A stretch of 64,000 bases of DNA. It comes from Isurus oxyrinchus. Lineage: Eukaryota. Location of the stretch: the NCBI GenBank assembly GCA_026770705.1, contig JANJGN010000140.1:1240001-1304000 (forward strand), read 5' to 3'. Under the pieces are notes generated by a model that was not told where the DNA came from, ran no database searches, and saw only the letters and a list, made by a program, of their open reading frames with translations. A program made the translations under genes and the position numbers. Positions 13,001-26,010 of this stretch are shown here, piece by piece. The number at the start of each line of letters is the position of its first letter. Position 1 is the first letter of the stretch.

Positions 13001-14166
13001 GTACTGCTGGTCTAGCCAATGGCAAGAACAGACCAAGGGGAAGCAATACCTCCAAGAACAAGATCCGGTCAGAGGAGAGGAATAAACGGAAGCTGTGGTC
13101 GGAGGTGCAGCAGATTGAACCCTGATGAAAGTGCGCGGCGGTGATCAGCTGCAACCGGAAATGATGTACGGATATAGCGATAGTTGAAGCTCCAGAAGCC
13201 TGTGAGCATCCTACACCTTTTCACACATCAAGTGACTGAGAATAAATCATGTGGGAGCGGCAGTCAGGGAGCAGACTCACAGAAACTTCTGAAGTGGAAT
13301 GAGGACTCCGCTTACCGTATCTGTGTCTATTTTAAAGACCCATCCCAATGGCCTTTCACACCTCACATTTTCCACCTTGTCTTCTTTTTTCAACTTATAA
13401 CAATTCCGTATTGAAATGTACGATTGAATCTTCTTCCCCATCATTTCAATCATGGTGTTTCAGATACACATACAATGTAATAAATAAAACAGATTTTCCC
13501 CTCTCTATTGTTTTCATGGAATCGAAATGATTTGATGATTGAATCAGCTCATAATGGAAGCAATTGCGACCTAACCTCTCAGAAGGACATACTTTTTAGC
13601 ACATCAGTCTTTTCTACCACCTTTGTTACGAGGGCAAGAATCTAAGTTTCCCTTGCCGTTCGCGTAAACGATCCTCATCTCCGGTGCCATTCTGGTGTAC
13701 AGCGTCCGCACTTTCTCCAAAGTCTTCACATTACTTCTGCTTCGTCGTGCCCAGGCTTTGGACAGAGAAATCCAGCGACAATTTCTACAGATTTAACATT
13801 GCGCTCCGACATAAACATCAGCAGCAACAAAGGCTGCGTCTAAACAGCTCCAATTTAGGCTTCTGGGGAACATTCGTGTTTTGATTTGCGTTTCAATAAA
13901 CCCTGAATCCTCTCAACGGCCGCATCCGAATACGGATTGAACCGAATTCACCAGCGGAGGACGCCAAGTTCAAGAATGGGTGTCATTAAGTCACGTGGTG
14001 GAAACACCAACGCTAGTAGGGATAGTTTCCTGAGTAAGATAACAATGGGCCTGGCCCCCAGCAGTGTGTGGATGGAACGATGAGCTGAACAGAGCCCGGG
14101 TTCCTTCTCTCCTCTTCAACCTCTGGCTCATTCCATTCGCATTCGCTCAGAGTGAGACAGTCAGAC

Positions 14167-14732
14167 ATGTTTCTGATAATACTGGCGGCACTGTTGAACA
14201 GTAAATTTTGGATTAAGTTCATCAAGGCAGATCAGTAGAATAATGTACAGAGGTTGTGATAATATTTGAAACAATTCACGATCAGAAATATGCATATGAT
14301 GGGCAGCTGGGGAGATAGGTGGTTCCACAATCTCACACAGGTACAAACAAATTTAGATCAACACTGTTTAACCGCTTGATATTTCTTTCTTCTACCTCAC
14401 AGGTGGACTGCGCTTATCCAATAACTCAGTCCCCGGTCGCAATAACGGTGTCAGAAGGGGCTTCGGTGTATTTAGACAGTGAATATACAGAGTGGAATAT
14501 GTAGTACATGCAATGGTATCGGCAGCAAACGGCACACCCACCAAGATTGATTATTCCCAATGTCTTAGCACTGAAGAAAGATGACATTTCAGGACGATAT
14601 CTGGCGAATGCTGACCAGTCTGAAAAGAGCGGTTGTCTCAATATAAGCGAACTGCGTGTGGAGGACGGGGCGGTGTATTACTGTGCAATGAAACACAACT
14701 TCAGATCACAGCTAGAACCCCGTCCAAAAACG
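14167..14732 (+). pseudogene. TCR V pseudogene
   Basis: Leader 14167-14200 MFLIILAALLN; V from 14403 out of phase with the leader, first Cys replaced (LDSEY), in-frame TAG before YMQWYRQ, ..EDGAVYYCAMK; degenerate RSS CACAACT + 23 bp + CCAAAAACG (14694-14732). Confidence 0.88.
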
Positions 14733-14889
14733 TCACCGAGCATTTACAGCTCCAGTAAGCTATGGTTTGTGCTTTTGTCGCCGGGAAAAGTTTGATCCTG
14801 CCGACAGAGAAGCAAAAGAGGCAGGTCTATTTGACTCAGTTTCATTGCTCTATTCAGCCTTCTCCAAATCCATAAAGAATGAATTGAGA

Positions 14890-15225
14890 TTTTTTTTTTT
14901 ATTCGTGGGATGTGGGGGCCAACGGATAGGCCAGCGCTGGCTGCCCATCCCTAAATTGCCTTTGTACAGAGGGCATTTAAGTGCGGCCACCTGGAGTTAC
15001 ATATAGGCCAGGCCGGGTAAAGACAGCAGATTCCCTTCCCTAAAGGGAATTTGTGAACCAAATGGGTTTTTACGATAATCGACAATGGTTTCATGGTCAT
15101 CATTGGACTGCAAATTGAAATTAAATTCCGTCATGTACCGTGGCGGGATTCTAACTCGGGCCCGCACAGAATTAACCTGGTGATCTCCAGAACACTAGTC
15201 CAGCGGCAAAGCAACCGTCGCCATC
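14890..15225 (-). mobile_element. Shark SINE with LINE-derived tail
   Basis: ttttttattcgtgggatgtggg..gcccatccctaa is the reverse complement of the LINE tail at 18840-18915 and 21230-21315. Confidence 0.7.
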
Positions 15226-15994
15226 CCTTTCAAACAGTTATACTTAGCTCCATGCCGCCATTTATAGGGTAAATAGCTGCGAGCTTATCCGGAACATCGA
15301 TTTGCCTACAGAGGTAATGAAAGCTCTCAGAAGTGGAGTCCCTCTAGCTAATATTTATGGGTTTTTCTTACAGAACCATTAACTCAGGTGGGTCCAGGCT
15401 GGATTGGCGGATGGGTGGATTGATCTGTTTATCCTACCTATTGCCACAAGCACTTTATTTAATTTCCCTTGTATAAATCATTATGTTAGTCACATGCTTG
15501 TTTTGACAGCTACTCCTTGTCACTGGGAGGAAAAATAAGATATTGGTTTATCGGGAACGCAATGACAACCATTTTGCTTCAACATAACTCTACTTTTGCT
15601 GTAATTGAGCTTACATTCTTGTAGCGGCAATGATCCAATTTAGCTGCCGAGCATCTCGTCCCCATAGTCAGTAATGAAAGAGTTGAGGGAAGAGTTAAAG
15701 TACCTATGGACCGTGAAAAAGGCTGTACTACTCTCACCATTCACTCGGTTCAGTTCTCGGATGCTGCGGTGCAGTAGAATGCGCTGAAACACTGGGAGGC
15801 AACGAGGTCAGGAAGCTGTACTGGAACTAATTCGACATGGGGACTGGGGAGACAATTAGGACATGGGCTTTAGAAGCGACAGCGATTCTGAAAAAAAGAA
15901 GTTGATCATACGAGTAATTAAATGGAATGAAAATATTTTTATTTATAATGATATAACATATAGATGAGCACTCTGTAAAAAAAATAAATGACAC

Positions 15995-16327
15995 ATGGAA
16001 AAGATCTTCCCTCTTGTCGGCGAATCTAGAACTAGGGATCACTGTTTAAAAATAAAGGGTCTCCCATTTAAAACAGAGATGAGAAGACTTTTTTCTCTCT
16101 CAGAAAGTAGTGCGTCTTTGGATCCCCCTTCCTCAAAGGGCAGCAGAAGCAGAGACTTCGAATATTTTCAAGGCATAGGTAGATCGGTTTTTGATAAACA
16201 AGGGAGTAAAACGTAACAGGGCGTAGGTGGGAGTTTACAGTCAGATCAGCCATGACCTTATTTAATGGCGGAGCAGGCCTCAAGGGCCGACAGACCGACT
16301 GCAGCTCCTATTTCCCATGATCGTATA
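15995..16327 (+). mobile_element. CR1 3'-end fragment
   Basis: EKIFPLVGESRTRDHCLKIKG. Confidence 0.85.
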
Positions 16328-16704
16328 TACTTGGCATCCTGAAATTTGATTAACATCGTTATTTGATGATTAAGGTGCACCCAAGCCTTACATTCTTCGG
16401 AAATGAACAAGCAGAACCTCATCGGTTCCGGATTTATGAATTTATGAGCAAGAAAGTAATCTATTTATGCAAATGAACACGTCCTGTCTTAATGACGTAG
16501 TCACTTCAGAAAGCAGGCAAATAATCTAGGAAGGAATATTAATTAGTAAAGGTAGACGGAGCAAAACAATGAAAAGAGAGAAGTTGCAGCAATAATAAAA
16601 CCAAAGCTATAAACAACATAATAAGGTGGCAGAATAATGATGCAACAATATCATGAAGCAATATTCGAGAATACATTGAAAGGCGTTGTTTTACAGACAA
16701 GGTT

Positions 16705-16718
16705 CCACTAGATGGCGC
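16705..16718 (+). promoter_or_regulatory. CTCF-like motif
   Basis: CCACTAGATGGCGC matches the CTCF core; motif only. Confidence 0.55.
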
Positions 16719-17934
16719 TCCATAACCTTATCTTTGGAGCAAATTTACCAAGTTCACCGCTCTGACAGGTGACAGCTGGGGTTTACAGGAAATATTCTGG
16801 CACCGTGACACGTTACTGTAAACAATAGTGTATATAAGGCAAGAATCTGTACGTGAATTACACAACAGATTTAGAGACTGAGCCCTATAAATCATTATAT
16901 TCCATGGTCCAATGTCACTGCGTAGTCCGAAGTAATAGGTTATCACAATGTGTGAGAGAGAGAGAGACACACACACTCAGAGAGCGAAAGAGAGATAGAG
17001 ACAGGGGGGAGACAGAAAGAGGCCAATCCACCTTTTCATGCGGAAATGTTTTGGTTACTGGTGGACACAACTTCAAAGTATCTGGAAAGTTCATGGACTC
17101 CAAAATCCACGGCAAGGGTCAGAGTGACAATCCTTCCTAACAGAGAATTAAACATTCGCACTGTCACCTGTGTGAATAATATTACTAACATCACAACATC
17201 GACTACACTGGAAACATGCTCCCTTGGGTTGGAAAGTGCTTACTGATATCCTGAGTCTGGCCCCCTGTTTCCAGGGAGAGCGGTATTTTTTTCCTTCAAT
17301 TTTTTTCAATCCTTTTTCCTGGATTGTGTTGATGACGCCCTGGGATTACCTGGATTCTGTCTCCAGTCTGTTCACAGATAATTTCCGCTCAACGGGTCAC
17401 CCGTAATCTGTCGGAAACACCAATCCGGGAATTTACTGAGGAGCCCCTGGCTTCCTGTTCAGGGAAGGCCAGTGATCGAGGCTCTGAGAGGCCACTCCGC
17501 GCCATATGTCAGTCATCAGCCTGATCACCACTATGAAATATTTGTACTCATTTACCTGAGGGTGTATATTTTTACTGTGTAGTCATTTGCAGAATGGTGC
17601 ACATGTATAACAACACAAAGGCCATTCTGCAAACACTACTTGTCAGTTATTCGCCCGATCCCCTCTGAAGAAGACGTTTCATGATTCTGCCCTTATCTAG
17701 AGAACTGACCCACAAGATCTATACTGATACTTCAGCTTAGTCCTCAGAGAATGGTGCACCATCAGAGGGGCCGGCTTTCGGTTGAGATGTTAAACCGAGA
17801 ACACCAGCTACTTGGACATGATGGATCACATGAGAACTATTTTGAAGGACAGAAGATGAATTGGCCTGGACAATATTTCTCCACCAATAACTGTCACTGA
17901 AATGGCTGTGGTTGTTTAAGGTCAACTATCTGAG

Positions 17935-18915
17935 TTCGAGGGCATCACTGCAGGAGCTCCTCAGCGTAATGTCCTAGGCTAAAACATCTTCAGTTGTTTC
18001 ATCGATGACCTTGTTTCCATCATAAGGTCAGAAGTGGGGATATTTTGCGGATAATTGCAAAATGTTCAGCACCATTCACGACTCCTTAGGTACTGAGGCA
18101 GTCCACGTCCATATGCAGCAAGATCCGGACCACGCCTAGGCTTGGGTTGACAAGTGGCAAATAACATTCACACAACACAACTACCAGGCAATGACCATTT
18201 CCAACATAGCCCCTTGATATTCAATGTCATTACCACCACTGAATCCTCCACTATCAACAATCTTGGGGTGGCCATTGACAAGAAACTGAATTGGTCTAGG
18301 CAAATAAATACTGTGGCTACAAGAGCAGGGCAGAGGTTAGGAATCCTCTGGCGAAAGGGTCATCTCCTTCCTCCCCCAACCTGTCCACCATCTGCAAGGC
18401 ACAAGTAAGGAGTTGGATGGAACATTCTCCAGTGGCCTGGATGAGTACAGCTCCCACAACACCCAAGAAGCTCGACACCATCCAAGACAAAGCAGCCTGC
18501 TTGAATGGCACCACATCCACAAACATTCACTCCCTCCACCACCGACACACAGTATCAACAGTGTGAACCATCTACATGATGCACTGTAGTAATTCACCAA
18601 GTCTCCTTAGGGAGTTCCGTCAAACCCTCAGCCACTGCAACCAAGAAGAGCAAGTGCAGCAAATATGAGGGAACACCACCTACAAATTCCCTTCAAGCCG
18701 CTCACCATCCTGACTTTGAAATATATTGCCGTCACTTCACTGCCTCTGGGTCAAAATCCTGGAACGCCCGCCCTAACAACACTGGGTGTACCTACAACAC
18801 ATGGACTGCAGCGGTTCAAGAAGGGGAAGCAGCATCACCATCTCAAGGGCAATAAGGAATGGACAATAAATACTCCTGAGCAAGCGGTGCCCATTACCCA
18901 TGAATGAATTAAAAC
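17935..18915 (+). mobile_element. LINE (CR1/L2 group) RT 3' part and tail, nested in an older SINE
   Basis: GVPQGS- and FADD-like remnants, NLGVAIDKKLNW; homologous to 52455-53255. Confidence 0.8.
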
Positions 18916-19229
18916 ATAACCAGGCAGTCCATTAATTATTACAGATTGGAAGATCATGCGGGGGCCCAATTGGCTGCTCCATTTCTTACATTACATTGTA
19001 ACAGTGACGGTGAAACACGGTGGACATCATGAAAGACATTATAGAAGTATTCTACTTTCATTCGCTAAACTTTCCTCCTATGGATAGTTTAGTAATATAT
19101 TTATTAAGCATAAAGGATGTTGAAATAAATAATATTAAAATTGAAATTGTGAGATATCACCATTTTCAGGAATGATTCAGACTCATCACTGATCACAACG
19201 ATTGCTAAGGCGTTGCTATGATGAGCGGC

Positions 19230-19610
19230 AGTTTTTGTACAGGTTCAGCCCAGTTCGGTGTCTTTGTGGGCCTCAGTGTGCAGTGATACACCGCAGAGTC
19301 TCTCAGTTCTGTGTTAGAAACATTCCACGGGACAGTGCTCTTCACATAATCATAATCCATTGAAAAACGTTCCCCCGGGAACCGCTCTGTGTTCTCGCTG
19401 TATCTATGCCTCCGCTGCAGATACACCATGGATCCGCTAGAATGCTGACGGTACCAGAATATCTCAGGACTGTTGCTTGTCGTTGTATAATTACAATACA
19501 ACTGTACACTGTCTCCTTCGCTCACGATGATGATGTTGCTTCAGAAGATGAAATGATAGTCATGATAATAATGATAAGTAATCCCGATACAGTCACAGAA
19601 TCCCAGCGCA
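19230..19610 (-). pseudogene. TCR V pseudogene (FR1 insertion, no leader found) with 23-RSS
   Basis: VSEGDSVQLYCNY..WYRQ..DSAVYHCTLR; RSS CACAAAG (19262-19268) + 23 bp + ACAAAAACT (19230-19238); AT-rich insert after DSVT. Confidence 0.85.
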
Positions 19611-19654
19611 GTTACAACACAGAATGAGGCCAGTCACCCCTGCACTTTGATAGG

Positions 19655-20155
19655 AAAAACATGGAGAGACAATACAAAATAAAAGATACCATTCTAAAAT
19701 GTGTTCAGGAACAGAGGGGTCTAGGCGTATATGTGCATAGATTACTGAAGGTCGGAGGGCAGGCAGAGAGATCAGGTAATAAAGCAAACAGTATCCTGGG
19801 CTTTATTAATAGGGGCATAGAGTGCAAGAGCAAGGAGGTTATGCTGAGCTTTAATAAGGCTCTAATTAGACCTCATCTGGAATATTGGGCATAGTTCTGG
19901 AGGTCACACTACAGGAAGGATATGAACGTATTGGAGACAGTGCAGAAGAGGTTTAGAAGAATGGTTCCAGGGATGAGAAAAGTTAACCATGAAGATAGAT
20001 TGCCGAGATTGGGACTGTTCTCTTTAGAGAGGAGAAGGCCAAGAGGAGATTTGAAAGAGGTGTTGAAATGGTGAGGGGGCTGGACAGAGTAGATAAGGAG
20101 AAACTGTTCCAATTGGTAAAAGGATCAAGGGCGAGAGGGCACAGATTAAAAGTAA
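19655..20155 (+). mobile_element. CR1 ORF2 fragment
   Basis: GFINRGIECKSKEVML..ALIRPHLEY. Confidence 0.9.
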
Positions 20156-20157
20156 GA

Positions 20158-20430
20158 ATGCTGTAATCGGCGGCAGTGTTAGTCAGCGACAGACTCGTGA
20201 TGGTTAGGAGGGTGGATTTAGCTGCTGCCTGAATCTCGGTAGGGAAACGTATTTTAGCAGGACCTGCTTTGCAATCATGACCCTAAGAAACCGTCCACGG
20301 GATGAAGTCAGGCTGCGTGTCTGGCTCATTCCGCTGCCAAAATAATGCCCGGACTGTCCATGCAGAGTCCTGGTGCAGTTTAAAGTTACCCCTTCTTCTC
20401 CTGTCTAGACGTGATCGGCCAGAGGCTGTA
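20158..20430 (-). pseudogene. Decayed TCR V of the 9.1/25.5-kb family, RSS lost at the CR1 edge
   Basis: QPLADHV*TGEEGVTLNCT..ALFWQRNEPDTQPDFI..AKIRF..KSTLLTITSLSLTNTAADY. Confidence 0.8.
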
Positions 20431-21338
20431 GAAGTTGTTAAGACGCGGTAGTAGACAGCGGCCATTCGGCCCATCAATGAGCATTATGACTCAGTGCTAT
20501 TACCCACGTTCCTACTGTCCCTCTGATTAGAATGTGCTGAATCAGAAATTACCTGTCAGAAATGTTGACCACACAACCCAGATTCTGAGTAACTGCATCC
20601 TCTGGAAAGGGAGTTTTATATTCAAAGTCACCTGGTCAGATCCTCATCCACAATCATCTGCTCTCAGTGTCTCAGGCACTCCCCCCTCACCTCCTTTCCT
20701 CCCCAGTGGTGCTGCGAGACTGATCGGCCGTGAGATAGTTGCTGGTGCATGGATAGATATATTGACACCCGGAATCAGCCCGCTGTTCTGTTTCAAACTT
20801 AACCTCAGTGAATCTCCATTCCAATTAGATCGATGCGTTCACTTATCAGATTCTTGGTCGTGCTATGACTGTAACTATTAATGGTGCTCAAAGACGGAGT
20901 AATATTCAATCATACCAGGCGTCAGCCTAATTGGAATCGCTTCAGTTTTCAGGTTTACCATGGGTCGATCAAACTGTTCACCAATAGAGAAACTGAGTTT
21001 GACAGGAAGACAGGAAAGGCAAAAGAAAGGAGGCAGAGCGATTTAGATCAAGAGAGCTGGACAGCGGCAAAGAGGGAAAACAGCAAAGGAAAGAGTTCGC
21101 AGGGCGACGGAAGTAATTTTTGTGCCAGTTCTTACACTGTCACTGTGTCAAAATCCTGGAACTTCCTTCCTAACAGCATTGTGAGTGTACCCACATCACA
21201 TGGACAGCAGCGGTTGAAGAAGGCAACTCACGACCACTTTCTCAAGGGCAATTAGTGACGGGCACTAAATGCTGGCCCAGCCTGCGAAACCCATATCCCG
21301 TGAATGAAGTAAAAAAGTAACAGTGATTGTTGTTCAGC

Positions 21339-21365
21339 TGACGTCAGCCTCAGGAACAAGCCAAT
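21339..21365 (+). promoter_or_regulatory. V promoter elements (CRE and CCAAT)
   Basis: TGACGTCA 21339-21346 and CCAAT 21361-21365, ~150 bp upstream of a leader exon. Confidence 0.55.
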
Positions 21366-21505
21366 CAAGCCGATGGAAAACGCCTCTCTGTCTCTCAAGA
21401 TGTGACGCCTGACCCTCGGCTGAGTTTACTATTCCATACCTGCCCGGCATGGTCAGCATATTGAAATCGTTCTCCTATTCTGCTCTGAAATCTACAGCAG
21501 TCATC

Positions 21506-21840
21506 ATGAGTTCCCTGTGTTTAATTCTGATCATAATCACTGTGCTGACCGGTGAACCTATGTTGAAGTAAACAGTTTGTGTTACATGCATTACATTTCC
21601 TCCTGGGCGTTTGTCACCTCTTTTTTTACCTTGTAAAATGTACAGACAAGTTCAAAACCTTGGCCCGGGATTCATCATATCTGGGAGCGCAGCAATGACG
21701 GAGCTGTCCAGACTCTATCTTCAGCGAAGGAAAAGTTATGAGATTCTCAGTATTGAGAAGATCGCGGCATCAGCCATTGGAGTGTTTGGTGTGCAGTGAG
21801 ACATGGTGTGGCAATGGCTGAGCGCGCCCAGACAATACCC
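21506..21840 (+). pseudogene. TCR V pseudogene with FR1 deleted
   Basis: Leader 21506-21551 MSSLCLILIIITVLT/gt; remnant YRQVQNLGPGFIISG..ILSIEKI..WCAVR; RSS CATGGTG + 23 bp + ACAATACCC (21802-21840). Confidence 0.75.
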
Positions 21841-22489
21841 TCTGCGGGTTCCTATCAGCCAGTCCCTACACAGATACTATTACGGGAGCTGCTCTCCACA
21901 GGCTTCACCCATCCTAAAAGAAAATGATAACAAGATTCTCCTGAATGTGTTGACTCTCTTGGTAGGTAGAGTATCTTCGAGCCCACCCACCTTCCCGGGA
22001 AAGATGTGCATAGACCATGGTGAGTGTGTCAAACGCGCTATGACGCACGAGTCCACAGGCTCCACACAATCTGCTAGGGAATGGCTCTTTGGAACTCTGG
22101 AACTCACTCATTCTGTCCGGGACATTTTCCACTGGATTCGAACATCCAGTGTCAGGTTGGTCGCTTAAGAGAGTGACTCTCTTAAAAAAATATGCTTCCT
22201 CTCAATTGCCTCCACCCGGAGCAAAAGACGCAGCTGGTCTTCAGACAAAGTGATAGGTTCAGACGCGAACCACGGGAAAAATGAGCAGCGGACGAACAAA
22301 CCGCCTCCTTATATCCGGGGAACAATATCCACTTCCAGCCAATGAGGAGCGGGAAGAATAAACACGTGACCGAGACTTTGAATATCCATCATTGACTTTA
22401 ATCAGCCAACATTTTAATCTCCTCACCCGATTCCTTTCCTTCTCTTGTGAGCTGTGTCCCGTTTTTGTATTGACATTCTCATAGCAAAC

Positions 22490-22925
22490 ATGTGTTGTAC
22501 TGCACAGTTAACGCTATTATCCGACATCCTGGCGATGCGAACAGGTGAATACCGGAAGACACCGAATAACCCAGAGTGAGTTTTTCATTATTAATCTCGG
22601 TGATCCAATGCTTCATACCCTGAATATTTTTCCAGGTCGATGTCTCTCGGACTGTGTGCTTCAATTTCCCGCTTCGGAAACAGTCCAGAGCGGGTATTCG
22701 GTGCAAATGGACTGCAGCTTCCAAGTGTCTGACTTTTACGCGATGCATTGGTACAGACAGAATTCCGGTCAGGAACTGGAGTGGATTACAAGGCGAGAAT
22801 CGAATGGCGAAGAGAAGAGCGGGCGATATGAAGTGAATCTTTCCAAGTCGGAGAAACGCGGACAATTGCTGATCTCTAGCACTGAGGAGGCCGATGCCGC
22901 GGTTTATTACTGTGCGGCTGAGCCC
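22490..22925 (+). CDS. TCR alpha/delta V segment, open frame, heptamer mutated
   Basis: Leader 22490-22544, V exon 22636-22925 ..QMDCSF..WYRQ..DAAVYYCAAEP; RSS CATACTG + 23 bp + ACAAAAACC (22926-22964). Confidence 0.88.
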
Positions 22926-23269
22926 CATACTGAGACAAAACGCGGCAGTCACTGTACAAAAACCTCGCTCCTGGCTACAGTTCCGGAAGAGCGGCAGCAA
23001 TCTCTCTGATAGCACAAGGCGGGCCAGGAGGCTCAGGGCATGATCGGCTAACGGGAGAAACGGGCAGGGCTGCCGCGGGTTGTCTAGTGAATCCCATTAG
23101 AGAGAGGTTTGATCAGAGATACTGCCGGTCCTAGCAGAGAGTGTCGGACTGAGGGGGCTGTTAGTGAGGTCTTTGCTACTTGGGGAGATTCATTGCCTGA
23201 TTGTGTCCCAAGGAACCGAGAAAGATCCTGAGTGTTTATTTTATACTGTTGAGTGACGATTTTTAAAGA

Positions 23270-23990
23270 ACATTAGGACCATAAAAGCATAGAAAAGATA
23301 CAGCAAAGAAAGAGGCCATTCAGCCTATCTTGTCCATGCCAGCCCGGGGACACCCAGGTGCCCGTTCTAATCCCACATTCCTGCATCCGGCCCGTAGCCC
23401 TGCAGCTTACAGTAGATTAGATGCAGATCGAGTTACTTTATAAAAGGGTTCAAAGTTTCTGCCTCTACCAGCGAATTGCAGACACCCACTACCCACTTCG
23501 TCCAAAAGTTCTTCCTCATGTCCCCCCTACACCTTCTGCCACTTATCTTGAGTCTATGTCCCCTGGTTCTAGAATTCTCCATCAAGGGAAACAATTTTAT
23601 CCTGTCCCCTCTATCTATTCCCCTCAAAATTTTGTACACCTCAATCAAGTCACCTGTCAGCCTTCTTTGTTCTAAGGAAAATAACACGACCTATCCAATC
23701 TCTCCTCGTAGCTACTCTTTTCTAACCCTGGCAACATTCTTGTAAACCTCCTCTGCACTCTCTCCAGAGCTATTACGCCCTTCCTGTAATGTGGTGACCA
23801 GAAATGCACACAATACTCCAGTTGCGGCCTCACCAGTGTTTCATACAATTCCAACATTATATCCTTACATTTATATTCTATAACTCTGCCAATAAAGGAA
23901 AGCATTCCATATGCCTTCTTTACAACCTTGTCTACTTGAACTGCTGCCTTCAGGGACCTGTGTGCTTGTACGCCAAGATCTCTCATTCAT
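23270..23990 (-). mobile_element. CR1 3' fragment
   Basis: LYETLVRPQLEYCVHFWSPHYRK, RRLTGDLIEVYKI. Confidence 0.92.
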
Positions 23991-24747
23991 TAGTAAAATT
24001 ATACATTAAAATCCGTGCTTAAACTTAAACATAGTGTGCAAATTTACTCTCGTCTCAAATTGTAACCAAATAGTTATCTGAAAGAATGAGCTTGTGGTTG
24101 TCCTGAGGGTGACATTCCCCACTCCTCTCTTGTGGCACGCAGCAGAAAGGTAACCAAATTCAACGCCCAAACAGAAAATGCTGGAAATACAACCAGGAAT
24201 AGAGTGAAGGTTCTAGTTTGTGACCTTACACCACAAATCTGCAACTCCTCAAACTGAACTCAGATGAAATGTCACGGACATGAGACGTTATTTGTGATTC
24301 GCTCTCCAATGACACTTCCTGACCAGCCACGTATGGCCATAATTATCTGTTATTGTACCTCCAAATTCTTTGGATGGGAGCAAAAAAGCTGATAGTTAGA
24401 CTGGCTGCTGGTGACAGAGAGATATCAAGAGAAAGTGAATAGCCATTCCCATTTCTAAGTAGCCGTGGGTCTAGTGTCACCTGCAGGATAGACCATTTAT
24501 GAACCAGATGGGTTTTGGTAACAGTGGAGAACGGTTTCCTCCCGCAGATAATTCAAGCAAGCCATTGCGTACAAATTGCATTATTGGCCTTGGGGGGATT
24601 CGAACCTTGGACAATACATTGGGTCGTTAAATCACCTGTGCAGTTACAACACCACTATGCCAGCGCCTCAGGCTTCACTGACACAGGATCAGAATGTGAA
24701 GGCGTGTATGTGACTCTGGCAGTGTCCAGCAGAGAGTAGATTACTCA

Positions 24748-24748
<1 letters not shown>

Positions 24749-24810
<62 letters not shown>

Positions 24811-24903
24811 TGCGTGTGTGTGATTATGACAGTGACCAGCAGAGGGTAGATTGCTAAAGGTATGTGTGTGTGTGTGTTTGTGTGAATGTATGTGTGTGTG
24901 TGT

Positions 24904-24938
<35 letters not shown>
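24749..24938. repeat. (GT)n and (GA)n microsatellites
   Basis: Direct observation. Confidence 0.95.
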
Positions 24939-24939
<1 letters not shown>

Positions 24940-25505
24940 AACTCTGAGGGAGAATAGAAAGAGGGAGCCCCGGAAAATTGAGTTAAAACCTATTAACATG
25001 TAATATATTCCATCATTTCAAAAAAAAATAAGCAGTAATTCATTTTCGCCATTCTTCTTGGCAAGGAAAGTAACGTTTTTTCTCCAAAATATGTTCCTCT
25101 TTGCCACTTTCTTGCAAAGACAATTTACCACCCCATATCCTTTGCAGCCTCATTATCACTTACTCTCCAACATAACTCTGCATCATCGGAAAGCTGGAAA
25201 CTTTTTTCTGTTCCATTAGTGTCTCGATAATGTCTACTTGGACAGCAATGGCTCAGGAAGGGTTTCTTCCCTAATCCTGCTCTAACCCGGATCTATTCCC
25301 TGTGTAAGGGTAGTGACTGCAGCCCAGGTCAGGGCAATTGCAGTTACTCTGCGCTCTCTCAAAACCTGCCTGTCTCACTACACAACAGGGGACACAGGAA
25401 GTGAGCTGTAAGCATCCTGAGACACGAAAATGGGTTATTGAGGGCGGGGATTAGAAAGGATGTCTTCAAATATCGAGCAACTCGTAGACAGGGCGGACAG
25501 CGACA

Positions 25506-25971
25506 ATGCAGCTACTCAACATCTGGTTTGTGTGGGCAGTAATTCTGGCAGGTAATCGTGAAGGGAATACATTTCATCTTTTATCTAATTTCCCAGGCAT
25601 GGTTTCAATGAGATTTCAATTAACTTTCGGTCTTAAATATTCTGTTTTAATATATTTTTTCCAGACGTGACTCGTGGAGATTCTGTCACTCAGCCACTCT
25701 TATCGGATGTTAAGACAGAAGAAGGACAGGTGACTTTAAACTGTAACTATGATACTGCAAGGAGTGGCTATGCGTTATACTGGTATCGACAACACCCAGA
25801 CACACAGCCCCAGTTTGTACTGCTCAAGGATACGAATCGCTATGAAGACAAAGCAGAATTTGCGAAAAGTCGGTTCTCTGTAGAGCTCCAGATATCCACT
25901 AAATTCACCAGTTTAACCATCTCGGGTCTGCAGCTGACTGACACTGCCGTCTATTTCTGCGCTTTCAGTCT
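25506..25971 (+). CDS. TCR alpha/delta V segment, intact
   Basis: Leader 25506-25551 MQLLNIWFVWAVILA, V exon 25665-25971 GDSVTQ..TLNCNY..WYRQ..DTAVYFCAFS; upstream CAGGAAGTG and GGGCGGGG motifs. Confidence 0.93.
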
Positions 25972-26010
25972 CACAGTGATGCAAATCAGTCTCACCCCTG
26001 TACAAAAACT
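25972..26010 (+). promoter_or_regulatory. 23-RSS
   Basis: CACAGTG + 23 bp + ACAAAAACT. Confidence 0.95.

Noticed and set aside
16760-16950. Possible very old V remnant (IFWHRD..NRF..cacaatg)
   Set aside because: No cysteines, YYC motif or nonamer recoverable
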